NCBI GenBank assembly: GCA_016748015.1
Contig: JAAOMT010000492.1
Coordinates: 4,747 to 57,655 of the forward strand
Origin: Geosiphon pyriformis uo1
Lineage: Eukaryota > Fungi > Glomeromycota
Length of the DNA stretch: 52,909 nucleotides
Direction: 5' to 3'
Part shown: in pieces, positions 1 to 14,542 of the stretch
How the letters are laid out: each line of letters opens with the position of its first letter
How positions within the stretch are numbered: position 1 is the stretch's first letter
Position numbers and translations under genes: made by a program
The notes under the pieces: model-generated
Told to the model about the DNA's origin: nothing
Database searches by the model: none
What the model saw: the letters and a program-made list of their open reading frames with translations, nothing else

Positions 1-85
1 CTGATTAATGTAATTTCTTAAATTTTTTATAAATTGATGTAGATTTTTAATATCCTGTATATTATTAATTAAAGCAATGAAATAA

Positions 86-237
86 TCAATATAAAAATAG
101 ATAAACTAACCTGTTGAAAAATCTATCATTTGCAAACTTAAAACACGACTTGTATAAACCGCTCCTGGATAAATTCGCGTTGTTTTTTGTCATTGTCGTT
201 GTTGTTGAATAATTTGTTGTCGAGTCGGCGCCTTCCG
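86..237 (-). pseudogene. Detached 3' tail of a TKL kinase paralog
   Basis: Matches 24910-25057 (DSTTN..TTT, then PGAVYTSRVLSLQM after a frameshift). Similarity stops abruptly at ~237. Confidence 0.75.
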
Positions 238-916
238 CACTTTTGATTTTTAAAATCTTTTGATTCAAAGATTTATTTTTAAAAGGATTAATGACTAAGA
301 TTCTAAAGGGGGTTTAATTTTAATTTCATAGAGGGTTAATGCTCGACTTTAAATTAATCAAATCACATGAAAATAACATTGGCATTTTGCAATATTAAAA
401 TCACAATGTTAATGCTGATGAACACGACATTTCTAAAGCTAAGAAGAAAATGATTCAATATAAATATTATATTAACATATTAGATAATTTTAATTTAATC
501 TTCAAGCAATAATTTAAATTCTTTTATTTATAAGTTTTTATTAAAGAATATATTCAAAGAATTGAAAATTGAATAGGTAAAATTTATCAGAGCGGCTTGT
601 CACGTTTATATAATGGTGGGACTCCACTCGTTTATGATGATAAAACAATTTAAAATTTAATTAATGTTTTTGAAATACGTGAAAAATAAAGTCTAAATAC
701 TTTATTATATTAAAACTTAATAATAATTTTTAAATAAATAATGAGTAGAAAAGGCATTTTATCACATTGATCATCTATCAGATTAATATAAAAAAAATAC
801 TACTTTACGGAAGGTAGATAAAGTCTATTTGAAAATTCCAATAAAAGAAAGTTAGCATATTAATTTACTTAATAGATTCATCAATTGAAAAGCTTATAAC
901 TTATAACTTGTATGAA

Positions 917-2348
917 CTAACCTTTTGATTCTTCAATCCTTTGCCAACTTAAAGCACGACTTTTATAAACTGCTCCTGGATGAATGTGCATTGGAGTTGT
1001 TGTTTCCGAGTCGTTTTTTACCATTTCTTTTACATATTTATCTGATTCTAAAAACTCGAAATTCCCATGTGAAATTTCACCCAACTTCTGTCTAACTTCT
1101 TTCGCAGTAGGACGATTATTAGGCTTAACATCCCAACACATTTCAATTATTTCGGCAATTGAAGGTGGAATAAGGGGAGAAGTAATCACAGGTCTCATAC
1201 TATTAAAAACAATGTCAAATATGAGATCGAGGTCATGAGGAAGATCATGAAAGGGTGGCTTTCCTGTTGCTAATTCCCATAATAACATGCTAAAACTATA
1301 AATATCACCAGCTGTTGTAAACTTTTCTCCTCTTAAAACTTCTGGTGAAATGTATGGAATCACTCCATAAATAATTTTTTTCTTTTTTGCTTTTCCTGTT
1401 GTTTTTCCTTCATGGCTTACTGGTTGACATAATCCAAGGTCTCCAATATTTATATAATCATTCCTCAGTTGTAAAATGTTGCCCGAGTGTAGATTACGAT
1501 GAACCATATCAGAAGAATGAATATTATCAAGTCCAAAAGCTATATGACGTGCGATACGTAATTTATCATCCCAACTCGTAGAATGAAAATTTTTTGATAA
1601 ATATTTTCGCATGTCTCCATGTTTAGCAAACTCCATCACAATTCCATACTCGAATGTTTCAGCTTTTTGCGTAATCCCCCATATTGACGTGATACCAATG
1701 TTTGAATGCGGACCCCTGTGATTATACATAGGTCTTTGAATATTTAACTATTAACAATGTATAAAAGCAAATAGATAATATGATAAATCGAATAATAGAT
1801 AATATAAATAAATAGACAATAATATACAGTAAATAAATAATAGGCAAATATGAATTAAATATAAATATAAATAATAATAGTTTGTTTACCTCTTTAATCA
1901 CTTCTGAGCTGTTCCTTTTTATGATTTTTATTGCTAGTTCATCAATCTTTTGTCCCTTATTATCAGTTCTTTCTCTTTTATATTCCATTCCACCATGGTG
2001 TTTTATGGTATATTTATCAATGAATCCATCAATTAGGGTTGCTTTATAAATTATGCCGAACCCTCCTCTAGCAATTTCGTTGATATTCGACAGACCCTCC
2101 CATGGAATCCATTCATAGTAAACCAATCTATTTTTACAATTATCAGGTCGAATATAGATTGGATTCTTAATTATTTCATCAACTGCTTTATTGCCGCTTG
2201 AAAAGTTGCGGTAAAGTGTTTCAAAAAATATGAACCAGCATGCTCTACAAGAATTAGGGCCATTTTTTTTAATGCACTCTTGACAGTGTGAGCATAGGTT
2301 GCAATCATGAGTCTCTGGACGAGTTCTTTTAATTTCTTTGTGTCTCAT
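917..2348 (-). CDS. TKL-family protein kinase with Cys-rich N-terminus, probable pseudokinase (HRN). Exon 1 2348-1890, intron 1889-1748, exon 2 1747-917 (or spliced onward from a donor at 921)
   Basis: Joining ORFs 1722..2480 and 917..1729 through a phase-0 GTAAAC...TAG intron gives EIARGGFG, LAIK, HRNLHSGN, GDLGL, YGVIPYISPE, DIYSF, CWD..P..RP. The ATG matches the start codon of the paralogs. Confidence 0.88.
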
Positions 2349-2495
2349 GATGTAGATAAGTGCGGATAAGGTAATAAATGTGAAAAAAATAATATTCGAA
2401 GAGGGATTTTTTAAAGCTTTATTAGGTAGTACGTTTAGAAAGTAAATCTTAAAGGCGGCGTTCCTATTTATATTGTTCACATAATTTAATAAATC

Positions 2496-3645
2496 AATTT
2501 AACCTTTAAAAAATGGCATTACTAAACAGGTTAACTATGAATAAATTTAAGTAGCTATAGGGCACAAATTACGCCAAACAAAGTCTAATTTGTAGAATAA
2601 CAGCAACAACAACAATAATGATAAAAATGATTTAGCAAAAAAGTTTCTCAATTTCTCTCTAAACTAAATTCGGTCTAATATATATTAAGGGAATTTCTTC
2701 TCTTACATTATCTATAGGAAAGTTTTTATAAAACAAACTAATTAGCAAGCCTAAATAGGTTGGGCGCAAAAACACCTCTTTTCACAAAAAAAAAATCCGT
2801 TCAGCCAATCCCGAAAGATCGCTCTGTAAAAGTCAAGATTAGGTTATATTATTTCTCGCAAACAATGAATGTCGAAATGTATGTTGAAATGCTCAACGAA
2901 CATCTTTACGAGATTCAAGAATTAATTGGAAAAGGTAGCGGGTCTAGAATAGAAGTAATCTTACTCCAGAATTTATTAAGGATAATATTTTCCAACTTCT
3001 GAAGGAAAATTAAAAAAAAGGTCAAAAATTTTTGGGGAATAGTTTTAGAGGAATATAAATTGCTAAAATCATTATAAAATACCAAGTAAATATGTAGCTG
3101 CCAAAAATTTATGAACGCGATACATGATAATAGTTATTATTATTATTATTACTTTGTTGCTGTTTTTTCTTACTGGTAACAACAGACAAAGAGTCTCAAA
3201 TGATACAGTTGACAGAATCAGAAACTATATAAAGACATATTAAAATAATGTCGCAACAATGACAACGGTAGAAATTCATTGTGTTTTGACTCATTGATTT
3301 AATTATTTATAAAGTATATTAAAAATTTTATTTTAATTTACTTTTTTTTTATAAAGGAATTTAGTCTATTTGCCAAATGTAATAAATAAAATTTAATATG
3401 TACTTTATGCTTGTGTTAATTTTTAACACTTATTTCTTTTAATATTTATTATATATTAGACAATTATTAATAGATTTAATTGTGATCAGACATTTGAATT
3501 TTCTTGTTTTGTTACCCCAACATCTCCTTATTCCATCTTGTATTGCCAAAATATCTGAAAAGCGTTGGGATGCTAATCTTGAGAATCGTCCTACTGCCAA
3601 AGAAGTTGACAAAAAGTTGGAGGAGCTTTACTGTATATATATGGT
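2496..3645 (+). repeat. Local segmental duplication, copy 1
   Basis: Highly similar to 20512-21470 (e.g. GGTTGGGCGCAAAAA..CAGCCAATCCCGAAAGATCGCTCTG); copy 2 lacks ~2940-3130. Confidence 0.9.
3240..3645 (+). pseudogene. Shuffled C-terminal kinase fragments (tail, microexon, C-lobe)
   Basis: LIPSCIAKISEKRWDANLENRPTAKEVDKKL aligns with the C-lobe of the full genes. Microexon GAATTTAGTCTATTTGCCAAA at ~3357. Confidence 0.7.
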
Positions 3646-3647
3646 AA

Positions 3648-3767
3648 AAAATATGAACTGGCATGCATTACAATAATTATTCCAATTGTATTTAATAGAA
3701 TCTTGACAAAATTCACGTTGCAATCATGAGCATATGGACGTGTTCTTTTAATTTCTTTGTTTTCCAT
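3648..3767 (-). pseudogene. 5' fragment of a kinase paralog; its upstream region extends to ~4400
   Basis: MENKEIKRTRPYAHDCN followed by a frameshift. The upstream sequence matches 26345-26820. Confidence 0.8.
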
Positions 3768-5229
3768 GATGTGGATAAAGAACAAAGGATAAAGAAGGAT
3801 AAAAAGGGAATAAGTTATTATTCGAAAGAGGGTTTCTTTAAAGGTTTATTTGATAGAACGTTTAGAAAGTTATTTGTCTAAAGGCGAATTCTTATTTATG
3901 TTGTTTCTTCTATTTTAGCATAGTGTAAAAAATTAATCTATTAACCTTATTCATCAGACTTCGAGAAGCTACAAATCATACTAAATAGGTTTAACTATGA
4001 ACAAATTTAAGTAGCTATAATACACAAAGACCCCAAACAAGTTTCCCATTATCTCATTGTCATTTTGCCTAAACGAGTTATTCAATTTATTTGTAGAACA
4101 ATAATAACAATAATAACAGTAACAAATAACACGATTTAGGCTTTGTGAAAGCAAAAAAATATGATCTGCTTGTATTAATCAATTGTGATTTTATCTTTGG
4201 ATAAAAGTATTAACACTGTTTCTTGAATGTTAGGCTAAATATCATAAATTTACTTAGATACTGTATTAAGGCTTTAAATGAAATCAATATAGGTATCAGA
4301 GATAAACGTAATTCAATGCTAAAACAAATCTTATCTTTATGCTTTTAACTTAAAATTTAATATTAAATCCAACATAACTAATATAGTTATCTTTTATCCC
4401 TTGAATTTTAGAGTTAAATATTAATATTGGGGTTTGAAAAAATTACAAAAACAGCTCTTTATAACTTTTAATTTAACTTTGGAAAATATTTCTTAAGATA
4501 AACTTTATAAATAATTAAAGAAATATTAGTTTCTTATTTCGATCTGTAAATATAATGAATACAAACCTTTGTACACTTTTTCGAAATTAAGTTATTTATC
4601 TTCTCATAATTGTATGCGATTATTCTTAATAATAATTTTTTTTATTAAAAAATTTTTGGTTATTATAATTTAGAATAGAAACCTTTTATTAGCGGCTGTT
4701 TTTAATTTTTGTTTTTGCTAGCTCTCTGTTTTTCTTTAAACTAAGTTTGGATGCTCCAACTGTAAACTTTCGAATCACTTCTCTTATCAAATTAATTAGG
4801 CTAATTTCTCATTTAAATATTCTAAATTTGGACCTACAGTGAATGTATCTTGAAACCAAGATTTAATAATAAAATTAAAGATTTAGTGAAAACTTAACCA
4901 TCCCTTGAGCATACACTACCAGTTGATAGTAATATTGGTATTTCAATTGAAACTTCTAAATATGTAAAAAAATATTTTTCATTACATCTGAAAAATTAAT
5001 TAGAATTTTAAGCCAGTATTAATTCTTCATATAACTTATTGCAAAACCAAATTTTTTTGGGTTAAAAATATAATTTCTCCAAAGTATATATTTTTGATAA
5101 TGAAAACAAAAATCTCAACAAATCATAAAAGAATAAATATTTTTTTTATTGACTACTTTTTTTACATAGTTGTTTTTTACTAAAATCAAATTCACATAAA
5201 TAATAGAGAAATTAGGTTTTAAACCTTAT

Positions 5230-6110
5230 ATTCACATGATATTAACCGCTACCCTTGAGCAACAATCACAGTATATAGATTAAGATCATGCAATTGATTT
5301 TTTTAATAATCTACCTAAAATTAAGCGAGAAAATTTCATCCACAATTCCTTCAATAACACCTTAGCTAAATCTCAAAACGTCTTCCATTGCATTGAAAAT
5401 TCTACAGAAATTGGTTTGCGAAATAGCTCCAGATATCACGAAAAGATTTCACAATATCCGTTAATTCTTTAATGATTTCTTCGATAGACATTATTTAGTA
5501 TCGTTTTCGTTCAATAATACCGAGCTTTTGTTTAAGTTCCTTCCTTTTTTGACAAAAAGTTTTTGTTTTGTTCCAACCCTCTAACAAGGTTTTCAAACCA
5601 CAAGTTCAAGCTAAAATAGAAATAATCCAAAGAATATTACACAGAATAAGTTTAAATTACAAGTAAATATTCTCTAAGTCATCAAAAAGTGTTTCCAAAA
5701 CGTTCTTCAAATTTCGATTATTGATTTATATGAAGTTATTCATACTTGCTTTACTTAATAAGTTCATTTTGTATTTCATCAATTTTCTTGAGAGAGTGGT
5801 TTTACCCTTAAGACTATAATTCACCTCTTATTGAGCGAAAAACAGGTCAACCTTATCACTAAGAAGCTCAATTCGCTTCGAATACTTGATGTTTCGAGGT
5901 TTTTCTCTTTAATTATCTAGGTGAAAGTGAGAAAACTACAAATTTACACTAATTCTTTGAGTGCCCTAAATTAGAAAAAATTTCAATACATAATCTTGGA
6001 AATTTAATTAAAGAGAAATTATCTGCTTGAATTGTCAGCAAAATGGCATCGCTAAACCGAGTTACAAAGACGCTTAATATCTGCTTAATCTTTCGAATCA
6101 CATAGAAAAT
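5230..6110 (+). pseudogene. Possible decayed LRR-type gene
   Basis: Short LRR-like peptides (LNSLRILDVS, ECPKLEKISIHNL) in CpG-retaining DNA with many stops. Confidence 0.25.
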
Positions 6111-6467
6111 TCACCAATTTTGCTGAAGAATTGGCCAATCTATACTGTGGTTGATCAAAACTTTGATCTATCTTTGTGCTTTTAATAATCACTTTTTTTA
6201 AATCTTGTACTTTTTTTCCAGTTTTATTCTCCATTTAGATATTAATATTTCAATACAAATTTTTTTTTCAAATCTGACGGTAAAAAAAATTATATTTTGG
6301 TTAGTATTTTTAAAAAACTATTAAATAATCTGTTGTGTGGCTTTATTAACAGTTTTTTGAATAAACTATATAGCAAAAAATTCTTTAAAGTTTTTAAGTT
6401 ATTTTATTAAATCTTGAAAATCTTTTTTAAACAAAAATAAAATACTTATATTTTTGGTAATTTAAAA

Positions 6468-8635
6468 CAGTCTGTATGTCTTAAAAAATAATAATAAATT
6501 TGTTCTATCTTAAGCCATGATAAGAATTGGTGTTTGGAATAAAAAGTCTGAATTACTTAAAAAAACATCAAAAACAGATGCTGTTTAATAGCTTTTTTTA
6601 TTCTTAATTTCTAAATTTTAAACTTATTAATTTAAAACTTTAATCTCAAGAAAAAATTGACTAAAAATATTAATTAATTAATATAATTATTTTTGGTCTT
6701 AAATTTTCTTTAAAATAGACTTGATCAAAAAAATAAACAGTATATAGTTTGGTAAAAAAAAATTGAAAAAATATAAATTTTTTAAGATTGCATTTGATTT
6801 AACTATTTTCGATAAGTTTTGTGATGGTAAAAATAAAAAAAAAATTTTAGATAAATAAGAGAGTTTTAAAATTTTTTTTTGTGTATTAACTAATAGTTTT
6901 TTTTAAAACTTGTTTTTAAAATACCAACTTCAAAGCGAAAAACACAATAGCAAGTTGCATTACATTTTTAGAAAAATAAAAAAAATACAAAATAAAACAA
7001 ATATACATTTTTTTACAATCTATAATATCCTTAAACAACTCAAAAAAAAGGAACAATAAAGCATATAAATAGTAATAATCAGTCAAGAAAAATTATAAAA
7101 ATGGTTTAAAAATATTAAGACAGATTATTCATAAAAATATTTAAGTTTTATCAAAATATTTACCAATAAAATTGGTTAAAAAAAAACAAATGTTTCTTAT
7201 ATTATTATTTAAAACCATTTATTTAATTTTAATTATAAAAAAGTCTTTTTAGAATACTTTCAATACTAATCAAAAAACATAAACAAAAATGTGTAGAATA
7301 AGCCAAAAACACTTAAATAATGATTGAAAAAAAAACAGTTTTTATTAACAAAACATCTTTTCAACTTTTTTAAAACATGATAAAATATTAGTATAAAGAT
7401 ACTTAATCAATTTATCTTATAGTTTAATAAGAAAAAAATTGGAAAAATATGAATCTACTAAGATTGCATTTGGTTTAATCATTTTTGGTAAGTTTTATGA
7501 TAGTAAAAATAGAAACAGAATATTAGATAAGTGGCTGAACTTTAAAAATATTTTCTTATATATTAATTAATAGTTTTTTTAAATTTGTTTTTGAAATACT
7601 AATTTTAAAGCAAAAAATGCAATAACAAGTCATATTATATTTTTGGAAATAAGAAATACAAAAAATTAAAAAAATACAGAATAAAATAAATATACCCTTT
7701 TTTACAATCTATAATATCCTTAAAAACTCAAAAAAAAAGAACAATAAAGCATATGAATCGAAATGATTGGTCAAAAAAGATTATAAAAAGTATTAGAACA
7801 GATTATTCATAGAGATTCTTCAGTTTTATTTAAATATTTAGCAATAAAGTTAGCTAAAAAAGGAATAAATATTTCTTTTATTATTATTCAAAACCATTTA
7901 TTCAATCTTAATTATAAAAAAAGTTTTCTTAAAACAACTTTAATGCTGACTAAAAAGCATAAGTAAAAACGTATAGAATAAGCCAAAAAACACTTAAATA
8001 ATAATTGGAAAAAAACAGTTTTTATTGACAAAATATTTTTTCAACTTTTTAAAAACAAGATAAAACATTGGCATAAAGATACTTAATTAATTTATTCTAT
8101 GTTTAAAGATCAAACAAAAATTTTTACATAGAAAGATTTTTACAAAAAAAAAAGACTAGGTTATTCTGTTTTGTTAAAATAATAAATGCTCAATTTTATA
8201 TAAACATTTTTTATAATTTCTTATCTGAAATTGAGGAATAATTGACAATTTTAATAAGATAATAACTTCAAACATACTAACAAGCTTATCAAAAAGTTTA
8301 TTGTTAAAAATACAATTAATTTGTTAAGGTGATTATTAAATAGTTCTGACTTAAATCCAATAGAAAACTTTTGGACTATTGTTAAAAAAAATATAGAAAA
8401 AAAAATGCCTCAAAATTATAATAAATTAGAAAAATTTATGGAAAAGAGTGACAAGATATTTCTGAATCTATCTTAATTGGTTTAATAGGATTAATAAAAC
8501 GGTATTATGAAATAATAATTAAGACAAATAATAAAAATTTTTTTTATTAATTTTTTTTAATAAATTATATATTATTTAACTTTCTAATAAAAGTTGTTTT
8601 ATGTAATTTAGTACATTAATTAAGACATAGTAATT
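6468..8635 (+). mobile_element. Degenerate Tc1/mariner (IS630-Tc1) DNA transposon
   Basis: DDE remnants: TVFID at ~8016, F**DNNFKHT (QQDNDPKHT) at ~8250, NSSDLNPIENFWTIVK at ~8339. TIR remnants: TATGTCTTAA at ~6475 and TTAAGACATA at ~8620. Confidence 0.8.
6745..8100 (+). repeat. ~675 bp tandem duplication inside the Tc1 element
   Basis: TAAGATTGCATTTG, TTTTTACAATCTATAATATCCTTAAA and GTATAAAGATACTTAAT-like anchors recur ~675-690 bp apart. Confidence 0.85.
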
Positions 8636-11600
8636 ATTTTTATATTTTAATTATTTTTTTATAAAATATATATATATTATTATTTTATTATTAATTTAGA
8701 TTATTTATTAGCATATTTAATTTAATTTGTTTTATAAAATTATATAATAATTTTGGTAATTACAAATCCATATTAATTATGTAATTTAATAAATTTTATT
8801 TTAATTATTATTTTTTAAAACTTAGATTAGTAGATAATATTTTACAATAAAGAAATTAATATAAAAGTATTATTTAAATTAACAAAATTCAAATATGTTA
8901 ATATTATTAAATTTAATTTAAAACATATATTTAGATAATTTTAATAATTTTATCTAATTTATATAAATATAAAAGTTTAAACAAATAAATTAATTCACAT
9001 GTAAAATTTATTACTACATAAAAACTTAAAAAAAACATTTATAGAAATACATAAAATATAATTTTAGTCTTATAATTAAATACTTATTAACAATACAATA
9101 AATTAACTAAGACTTAATATATATTTTGTAATATTTTTTTAATCTTAAAATATTAGAATTTTTTTCTATTATTAGCTATTATTTATATAATAAAGTTTTT
9201 AATCTAATTTATTTTTTTATATTTTATATTAATTTTATTTGAATTTGTATTTTTAAAAGTTGTATTAAAGTTAATATTAGAAAAAAATATTTATTATAAA
9301 TTACAATTATAAATTAAAAAAATCTTACTTAAAAAATATATATTAAAACTATTTATAATTTTCTAATAAAGATAAGTTCTTAATTTTTACATTTAACAAA
9401 AATTAATATTGTTAAAAAAAGCTTATAAAACCACTTAAAAACCACTTTGAAAATTTATTAAATTTTTTGTACTAATTTATATGTAAAATATTTTTGTTTT
9501 TTAATATTTTTGAATTTAATAAAATATTTACAATTTTATTTTAAAAAATACCAATGTTTTAATAATTAAATTAACAATATAAAAAAAATAAAAATCAAAA
9601 AACTATATTTTATATTTAATTAATAAAGCTTAATTTTGATATAAATTGAAAAAACAAAAAATTAATGGCTAAAAAAATTAAATAATCAATTAAATAATCA
9701 ATTTTCAAAATTAATATTAAAATTAATAATGTCAAATAAAATAAATTACTTAATAAACAGGTTTTTATTATTAAATTATATTGTTATAAATTATTTAGAG
9801 CTAATCATATTTTGATTATTAATGTTTTTTAGTAAAAACCAGTAAAAAATAAATATATAAAATAAAGTTTTGCTTTTAATACTCTTTGTTTATTAAACAA
9901 TAAACCACAATATAACTAATTATAAATTTTTTTACTTATTCTATAAATATATAACAATATTATTTATCAAAATTAATATTAAAACTATATTATTTAAAAA
10001 AATTATAAAACTTAATTACAAAAATATTATGTAATAAAAACTTAAAACAATTTTTAACTTTTTAATAGAAACAAAAATAATTGCTTATAAAAAATAAAAA
10101 TGTTTTAAAACAAAAAAATATATAAAATGCTTTTTTTTAATATTAATTATATTAAGATAATGTTTTTGGTAATAAATTTTCAAGCTAATAAAAAAGACTA
10201 TTTATAATTAATAAAGTATTAAACAATAGATTTTATATTTTGTAAAATTATTTGAAATAATATTTAATAATTAATTTGTTTATAATATATAAATTAAAAA
10301 ATATTATAAAAAACTTAATTAATAAAACATCAAAACAATTATAAATAGAGTTATTTTAATCTTAAAAAACATATATATTTGTTTAATATAAAAAATATTT
10401 CTTTAATTAAAATATGCAAAATAATTTTTTTATATTATATAAATATTAAATAAAAAATAATTTATATAATTTACTTATTATTGAAAAATAGCTAATAATT
10501 AAAAATAAAATCAGAGTATATTTTATTATTAATTTGCAAAAAACTAACAGAAAATTAACATTAAAATAGAAAAAAATATATTTAAATATATAACTGTTAA
10601 AATACTTTTTTTTTTTATACTTAAAAGAATAATAATAAAGATTTTGTTAATAAATAAAAAGTTGTTATTATAGAAAACTTGGTAAAATTATAGAAAATAT
10701 AAAGCTTTTAAAAAAAATAATTTTAAATAGAAGTCTTAAATATTGTATAATAAAATATTTTAAAAGTTTTAACAATTGTAAAAAAAGTTAAAACACTTAA
10801 ATAAAAGTTTGGTTTTTTGGAATAAAAATTAATATAACTACAGTTATTATATATTATTATTAAAATATTTTTATAAACTAATTAGTTTTGAAATAAAAAT
10901 TCTAAAACTTTACTAAATAATTTTATTTTACTAAAGATTAATTTTTTTTAAAAGAATAATATTATGATTAAAACTTTTACTTTTTACTTTTATTTATTAT
11001 TTAGCTATAATTAGTTATATGTATTAGTTATTAATGCTATTATATTTTAAATAATTTGTTAACTTAATTATTAATTTGATTATAACTTAATTATTAACTT
11101 AATTATTGATTTTTTTTATCAGTATATAAATGAGACTTTTTAAAGCTGTAAAAATTCATTTACACTTATATTAATTTATTTAAAACAAAAACTAATACAA
11201 TAATATTAATTATTTTATTTATTTTTCACTATTTTTTCCTTTTCTTAATTTGTATAATTGTTAGTTTTTGTGAAGTATATTAAATAAATTTTTACTAAAA
11301 ATTACAATTAATATCTTATATTGAATTCTAAAAATGTTAATATAAGGCATAGAATTATATCCGAGTATTTTTTTCTATTAATAGTATGGACTATTTTCTA
11401 TTTTCAAATTTCTTTGTTATTTTTTGAAAAAAATAATGATTGAGATATTTATGAGACTGATTTTGTATATTAAATTCTTACTAATTTTATTTACTTATTA
11501 AAGTTGAATTACTTTTTGATTATTTTTATCACTATACAATACTGTTTTTTTTTGCTATCTATTAGCATGTTACATCTGACTATAACAATATAATTTAGAA

Positions 11601-14542
11601 ATAACTTTTTGAAATTGTATAATTTGATTTAATATAAATTAGTATTAAATTTATTAAATTGTATAGTTTAATTTAATATAAATTAGTATTAAACTTATTG
11701 AAATACATTTTTATAAAATCTTAGTTTTTTTATTCAAAAATATATGCCAGTTAAATGACGCCGTTTAAGCATAATATCAAATTACCGTGAATTATTAATA
11801 TTTAATTAAATTTGGAAATCTATCAAAGACTTTTAATTTGACTTTAAACCAAAGTTTTTTAAATTAAATTTATATTAATTTAAAATTATTACATTTATTA
11901 AAAAAATAAGTATATCGAAAAATTTGAAACTTAAAAAATTCAATATTTAATAAAAATTTTAAATTAATTGAAAATTATTAATATAAAGAGATATGCGAAT
12001 TTAAATATGTTTTGAAATAAATAAATTGCTTTAAAATATTACTTACTGAATAGTTTATCAAAAATCTTTAAAATAAACTGTATTTTCAAATATTTATGAT
12101 AAAATTAAATCATGTGAATACAAATCTACTATAATAATGAAACCATAAAATTTAAAAAAAAACCAGAATATGTTAAATTATTAAAATATTTTTTATTTTC
12201 ATTCTAATATAAATTAAGTGAACATACAAAATAAAACTTTTCAAGTGGCACCTAATAATAATAAAATAAATACTATAGTAGATATTTGTTTTGAATAGAT
12301 TTCATAAGAAAATTTGTCAATTAATATTTTGGTTTATATAAAATTTCATTTTTATAAATTTTTAGAAAAATCTAAAAAGTTTTTAATTACATTATTTCTC
12401 AAAATTTTCGCATCAAAAAAAAATTTTGAAAGTTTTAAATTTAATCAATCGAATATTATACTACGTTTTTGAAAATTTCCAAGGCTTTTTTTATATATTA
12501 AAATATTAAACAATAAAGTTTTACTTTTAGTATTGTATTAATTTATAAGATTCTAGGAAATTAAATAGAATAGAAATACGGTTGCATTTTTTTAAAATTA
12601 AAAAAGGAATGATAAATAAATAAATATAATTTTGCAAAATCATTTTTAAAATTGAATTTATTATTTGTTTGATAAATATTTTTAGTATCTTTTTTTAATT
12701 GACGAAATTAAAATAATATTAGCAAATTGAAAATAAATAAAAAAACTTCATAGGCTTTGTAAATCCTTATGATAATAATTATAACTCATTTAAAATTTAT
12801 ATTAATTAGATCGAAATAAGTTATATAAACAACCATCCGATATCACACTTACCTGCAAACTTGAAACAAAACTGTAAAGTACTTCAATGGCTAATATGAT
12901 AAATTATATTTGAGTAATTTTATCAAAAGCCATTTACTATAATCTTTGTAAAGATCCTTTTTAACTATAAGAATTTTTCAAAAAGGGTGAACCTCTATTT
13001 TGACTCGATATTCGCCGAAAGGAGATTAATTAAACATTACAAAAATGATTGATAAAACCTTTCTCTCTATTTATTATTTATCATATTACTAGTTTTAGCC
13101 CTCAGATTTAATATTCCCTTGATGAAATTAATTATAATCATATTATCACTTAAATCTCTAGCTAAAAAGATTTAAATTAAGTAATATTCTAAGTAATTAT
13201 AATTTAAAAACTTTTTACAAAGAATCGGGCTACGAAAACGAATTGATAATTAATCAAATTTAATATCTAGTATACAACATCAGTGTAGGGTATCTTCAGT
13301 TAAAGTAATTGATATATTTATTGCTTGTGAAATAAAACAATAGAGAGAACTAGAAACAGCAAATAAAAAATTATTCGAATAAGAATATTTTAAAATACTT
13401 AATAAAAACTTTATTCTCATTAATTAAAAATATTAAAAAGTTTAAATATTTAGAATTTTTATATAATTGTTTTTTATGAATTTTTAATGCCAGGAAAAAC
13501 AATTTTCGTTAATGTAAAATTTTAATTAACTTATCATTACAAAAAAGCTGATAAAAATATTAAAAATCAATTTTTCTACAACTTACAAAACCTATATATA
13601 TTGTCTTTAGTAGTTTAATCTTCAACTTTTTTTGAAAATCAATTTTATTATTAATAAAAATTATATACAAATATATAGAAAATCAAAATTTATTAAACTT
13701 AGAGCATTATTTCATGCTAGAATAATGAATGTGATATCAATTTTAAAAATTTTTACATTATAATAATTTTTTTTTGAATAGTAATTTAATTATCAAGTTT
13801 ATTTGATTTCAAAAACAAAATCATTCAAGCCCCATAATTAATATTTATGTATATATTTTAAAACCCCAAAAATACTGACTTTATAATAAATTATACGGAT
13901 AATAAAACCAGTTACAAATTCCAAAACACTTGGTTCCAATTTAAAAAAATTCCAACTGATTTTATGAAATATCAGATTATTCTCCAATTGACTTTTCTGA
14001 GATAAAAGGAAAAATATCTTTTTTGATATTTAATATTTTTTACCAATTAATGATGTATGCTCAAATGATGATTAAGTTTTTAATTAATATTTAATTTCAT
14101 TACAGTTGTGAGATCACACTCCCATTTAGCCTAATCAATTTGATAAGAGAAGAGATTACGAAATTATGGTTGAAGCGTCCGAAATTGAAACCGAAAGCTG
14201 AAAAAAACAGATATGAAAAGCGGCCGTTAATGAAACTTTTCTGTTTTAGTTTTGAACAACTACAATACCAAAATTTATTTTAATAAAAATTTTTATAGTT
14301 AAGTCATAACTTCAAAAATGTTTTAATATATAGAGAATGTAAAATAAATTAAAGACTTAAACATCTAGGTAAATTTATGATTTTGTATTTAATTCAAAGA
14401 TGTGTTAAAAGTAAAACACCGTTAATTAAGAACTCGCTTTTAGACAAATAACTTTCTAAACGTACTATCGAATAAACCTTTAAAGAAATCCTCTTTGAAT
14501 AATAACTTATTTACATTTTATCCTTTGTTCTTTATCCACATC

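Noticed and set aside
984-1581. + strand ORFs 984..1238 and 1387..1581 (likewise 21766..21960, 22032..22235, 34073..34315, 40902..41111)
   Set aside because: Antisense shadows of coding sequence on the other strand.
2349-2480. N-terminal extension of the kinase ORF in the track
   Set aside because: Paralogs share the downstream ATG and have indels in this stretch, so it is promoter or 5' UTR.
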